Assembly: GCA_030264375.1 (NCBI GenBank)
Contig: JASCQW010000027.1
Location: 90,485,161-90,549,160 of the forward strand
Length of the DNA: 64,000 nt
Direction of reading: 5' to 3'
Source: Carcharhinus longimanus
Taxonomy: Eukaryota
Shown here one piece after another: positions 60,806-64,000 of the stretch. The notes under the pieces were generated by a model. That model was given only the letters and a program-made list of their open reading frames with translations, was not told where the DNA came from and did not search any database. The position numbers were made by a program, and so were the translations under genes. Within the stretch, counting starts at the first letter, position 1, and the number at the start of each line of letters is the position of its first letter.

Positions 60806-61327
60806 AGATGAGGTTGAGGTATTGGAGGAATAAGTAGTGTTACAAAGGTTTTCTTTTCTGAATTCAAAACATAATCTAATACAATGTTAAACAATGAAGA
60901 ACGCAATAGCTTCTGAGTAGCATGGAATATAGAGATGCCATCCAACAGAATGTCATTGGTGTCAGTGTATAATATTGGATGCTTGGCTAGATAGCTATTT
61001 GGAATTTTATTTGACAATCCTTTAGATTCTCCCTCAGGGCATTAAATAATTTGGTTGAAATTCATGATAGAGTAGATTGCAAAGAATCAGTGAAAATGGA
61101 CTGAGGGGTCGAACACTATTTCTTGTTTTTTGTTTCCACGTTTAAATGCTAACAACTTTACATGTTACCACAAGCTACTGGTACTGTGTTACATTTTAAA
61201 ATAAACGTCAAAGCCTCATTTAAAATATAGCTGTTACAGGCTGCAGTTAAACTGATCATGTGTCATTCCCTGTCTTTCAATTTGTGCAATGCTTCCATCG
61301 TTGAGATCTTGAGGTTCAGCACTCAGA

Positions 61328-61614
61328 ACTCATAGAATCTCTACAGTACAGAAGGAGACCTTTCGGCCCATTGAGTCTATATTGATCACAATCCCATCCA
61401 GGCCCTATCTCCGTAACTCTCATTTATTCTGCTAATCCCCCTGACACTAGGGTCAATTTAGCACGGCCAATCAACCTAACCCATACATCTTTAGACTGTG
61501 GGAGGAAACCGGAGAAAGTACAAACACTGCACAGACAATGATCCAAGGCTGGATTTGAACCTGGGCCCCTGGCTCTGTGAGGCAGCAGCGCTAACTACAG
61601 CACCACCGTGCTGC
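61328..61614 (-). mobile_element. HE1-type SINE
   Basis: Tail, partial V-domain and head on reverse strand. Confidence 0.88.
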
Positions 61615-63589
61615 ACTAATAATTATCGCGCAATTGCTGGTTGTATTAAAATTGGCACCAAAATCTATAGGAAAATGGCATACATGGAAATGCAAAAATA
61701 ATAACATAGGGATAGCTGAATTCTAAAAAGTACACTAATTAAATTTGCTGAATAGACTTTTGCAGTTACCTGTAATTACACATTGACATGACTTATTAAC
61801 AACTGGTAACTGAGTGGCCAGTACTTTTTGTATGGAGAGTCCCCAGGAAGATGTCCATAGAGGTCACCATTGGGCATCACTTGGAGAAATTGGTATCATA
61901 AGCTCATCAAGGTGAGTCAAGTCTAATTTCTGCCTCGAATGACTAAATTTCCCTATGGGGTGTCATGATAATATAGGAAGGCATTAAAAAAAAAGTCGAT
62001 GTCCTGGTTTATTCATATGCTCAATGAATAAGGAGGATGTTATTTGTGCTGCACTCTAAAGGCAAACTACTGCAGCTTCCATTTCTAGCAGCAGATGTAC
62101 ATTCTCCCACTTCACCAGCAGAGACATACGTATCCATTCAGGCACAATGTGCTCTGAGTAGCATGAAGTCATGTATAGGTTTGAATGGCACCCAAATGAC
62201 ATCAAAATGCAAACGACTGTCCATAAAAATGACATAACATTAATAGACCACTGGAAAAAAAATACATTACAGGAACATTTTGCAAGCAGCAACGACTAAA
62301 CCCCACACTCAGTGTTAGAATAAGAAAGATTGCTCTTAAATTAATGCCTATTCCAAGTACGACATGGGTTTGTGTTTATGCCATTTCAGGAGTTGCATAT
62401 GAGGTATTTTAGTCTGTTTTAATTGCAAGCTGTTGGTTTTCATCCTGAGATGAAGGTGCAGCCACAACAACAATTTTGACAATAAAAGGCAGCCTCTAAC
62501 AGAGCTAGGGCTGCTCGCTCCTGGGAATTGAATGGCTGCTTGTTATTAATGTGTCCTCCACTCACCTGCTGCATCCAAATCAAAACACTTGGAGCTGAGT
62601 TTACACTCAAAGTAGCGCAATGTTTGCATTAGGCAGCCAAATTCCTTGGAGAGCTCCCTTACTCGTCAAAAGTGAATCAATCATCCACAAGGATGTCAGC
62701 ATCTGCCTGAGCAATTTTATTTGGAAGAAAGGGCAGATGGTAGCGTTTTTTTCTGTTTAATCAGTTCCACCAAATGTGGACAAAGCACTCGCAGAAAAAC
62801 CCAATGATCTGAAATATGCCATTGTTCCAGTGTGGCAAGAGAGCCTTAGGATCGTGGGGAAGGATAAAATTGTCGACATAAAAACACAGGATTACGCAAA
62901 TCGGAAATAAAACAGAGCACATCAGGAATTCACAGCAAGTTCCACAGCATCTCAATAGAAAAAAATAGCTTTTGATATTTTGGATGAAAGCTTCCACCTA
63001 AAACGTAAACTTTTCCCTTTCAGTTTTATACATTTCCGACTGCTTTCAATGTTGCCTCAAAAATGTCACTGAGTATAAGTTCTTCACAAGGAATATCATG
63101 GTTCCTAATACTAATGATAATCATGTTTTGACTGTCGGTGGCCACCCAGTTTTAATCAAAAGAAGATTTCTATCAGTTAAATCAAGATAAATTTGCAAGC
63201 AGCCCTTTCCACATTAGCATCCATTATAGAAACTGACAAGTTGAAAGTCCCCCCCTCTGAATTTTGGGGTAGGAATTCCTCTGGTCACTTTATGAACAGA
63301 TAGATTTTCTCTGTTTGGTGTTTCTTGCAAGACTGCAAATTCTATTTTTTTTTTCAGAATATGGCTTAGAAATTGGGGTATGTGAATTTTATCCTTTGGG
63401 TAAAAAATTGGGTGCCAGATGATCCCATCTGGTAAACAGATGCCAGCAGAGCAGCAGGTGCAAATTGGTTAGAGAACCCTAATTATCCGTCTGAAACTGG
63501 TTTGGAAACATTACAAATGGAGGGCCCAAAGTCCCATCCAGACCTTTGGGGACAACACTACACTGTAGTCAGTTTTCTAAGGCCTAAAT

Positions 63590-63850
63590 AAGAACATAAG
63601 AAATAGGAGCAGGAGTAGGCCATCGAGCCCTTCAAGCCTGCCCCGCCATTCAATAAGATCATGGNNNNNNNNNNNNNNNNNNNNNNNNNNNNNNNNNNNN
63701 NNNNNNNNNNNNNNNNNNNNNNNNNNNNNNNNNNNNNNNNNNNNNNNNNNNNNNNNNNNNNNNNATGGTAAATAGCTGAGGCCCCAGCACCGATCCCTGC
63801 GGCACTCCACTAGTCACCAACCGCCAACCAGAATAGCACCCGTTGATACC
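63590..63850 (-). mobile_element. CR1 fragment spanning gap
   Basis: ATAAGAACATAAGAAATAGGAGCAGGAGTAGGCC tail; VTSGVPQGSVLGPQLFT on reverse strand. Confidence 0.88.
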
Positions 63851-63869
63851 TAAAGCAGCCCTTAAAGGA

Positions 63870-63947
63870 AGGATGAGACGTCTCGACCCAAAACGTTAAC
63901 TCTTTGAGTCTCCATAGATGCTGTCAGACCTGATGAGTATTTCTATT
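63870..63947 (+). mobile_element. Penelope-like family B tail
   Basis: GATGAGACGTCTCGACCCAAAACGTTAACTCT..CCATAGATGCTGTCAGACCTGATGAGTATTTC. Confidence 0.65.
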
Positions 63948-64000
63948 TCTTCTCCAGCTCACGCCCCATCCCAGTCTCCTCTGCTTTGCTGCACTTATCA

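Overview
Eukaryotic, repeat-dense, gapped (10 N-runs) genomic DNA with no prokaryotic operon or CRISPR content. The repeat set (HE1-type tRNA/V-domain SINEs with a CR1 tail, CR1/L2/RTE LINE fragments, DeuSINE-like relics, Penelope-like elements, pogo/Tigger and PIF/Harbinger fossils) points to a cartilaginous fish, most likely a shark. Family names come from recalled motifs, not database searches. No complete gene is visible; three isolated candidate exons (6172-6300 -, 22593-22769 +, 58249-58436 -) suggest the window is largely intronic. Most notable: (1) a ~290-bp mosaic of rearranged U2 snRNA pieces with an A-tail and an apparent target-site duplication, inserted in a CR1 (candidate snRNA-derived SINE, 43634-43920); (2) a minimal hammerhead ribozyme with intact core in a Penelope terminal repeat (76-112) plus several decayed copies; (3) a >=10x 55-bp tandem array of a SINE tRNA head and a perfect 55-bp Penelope hairpin, both nested in a Tigger fossil; (4) locally templated insertions inside SINEs (193-bp direct, 27-bp inverted); (5) many Harbinger-type MITEs with 3-bp TSDs. 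Coordinates of decayed repeats are approximate.
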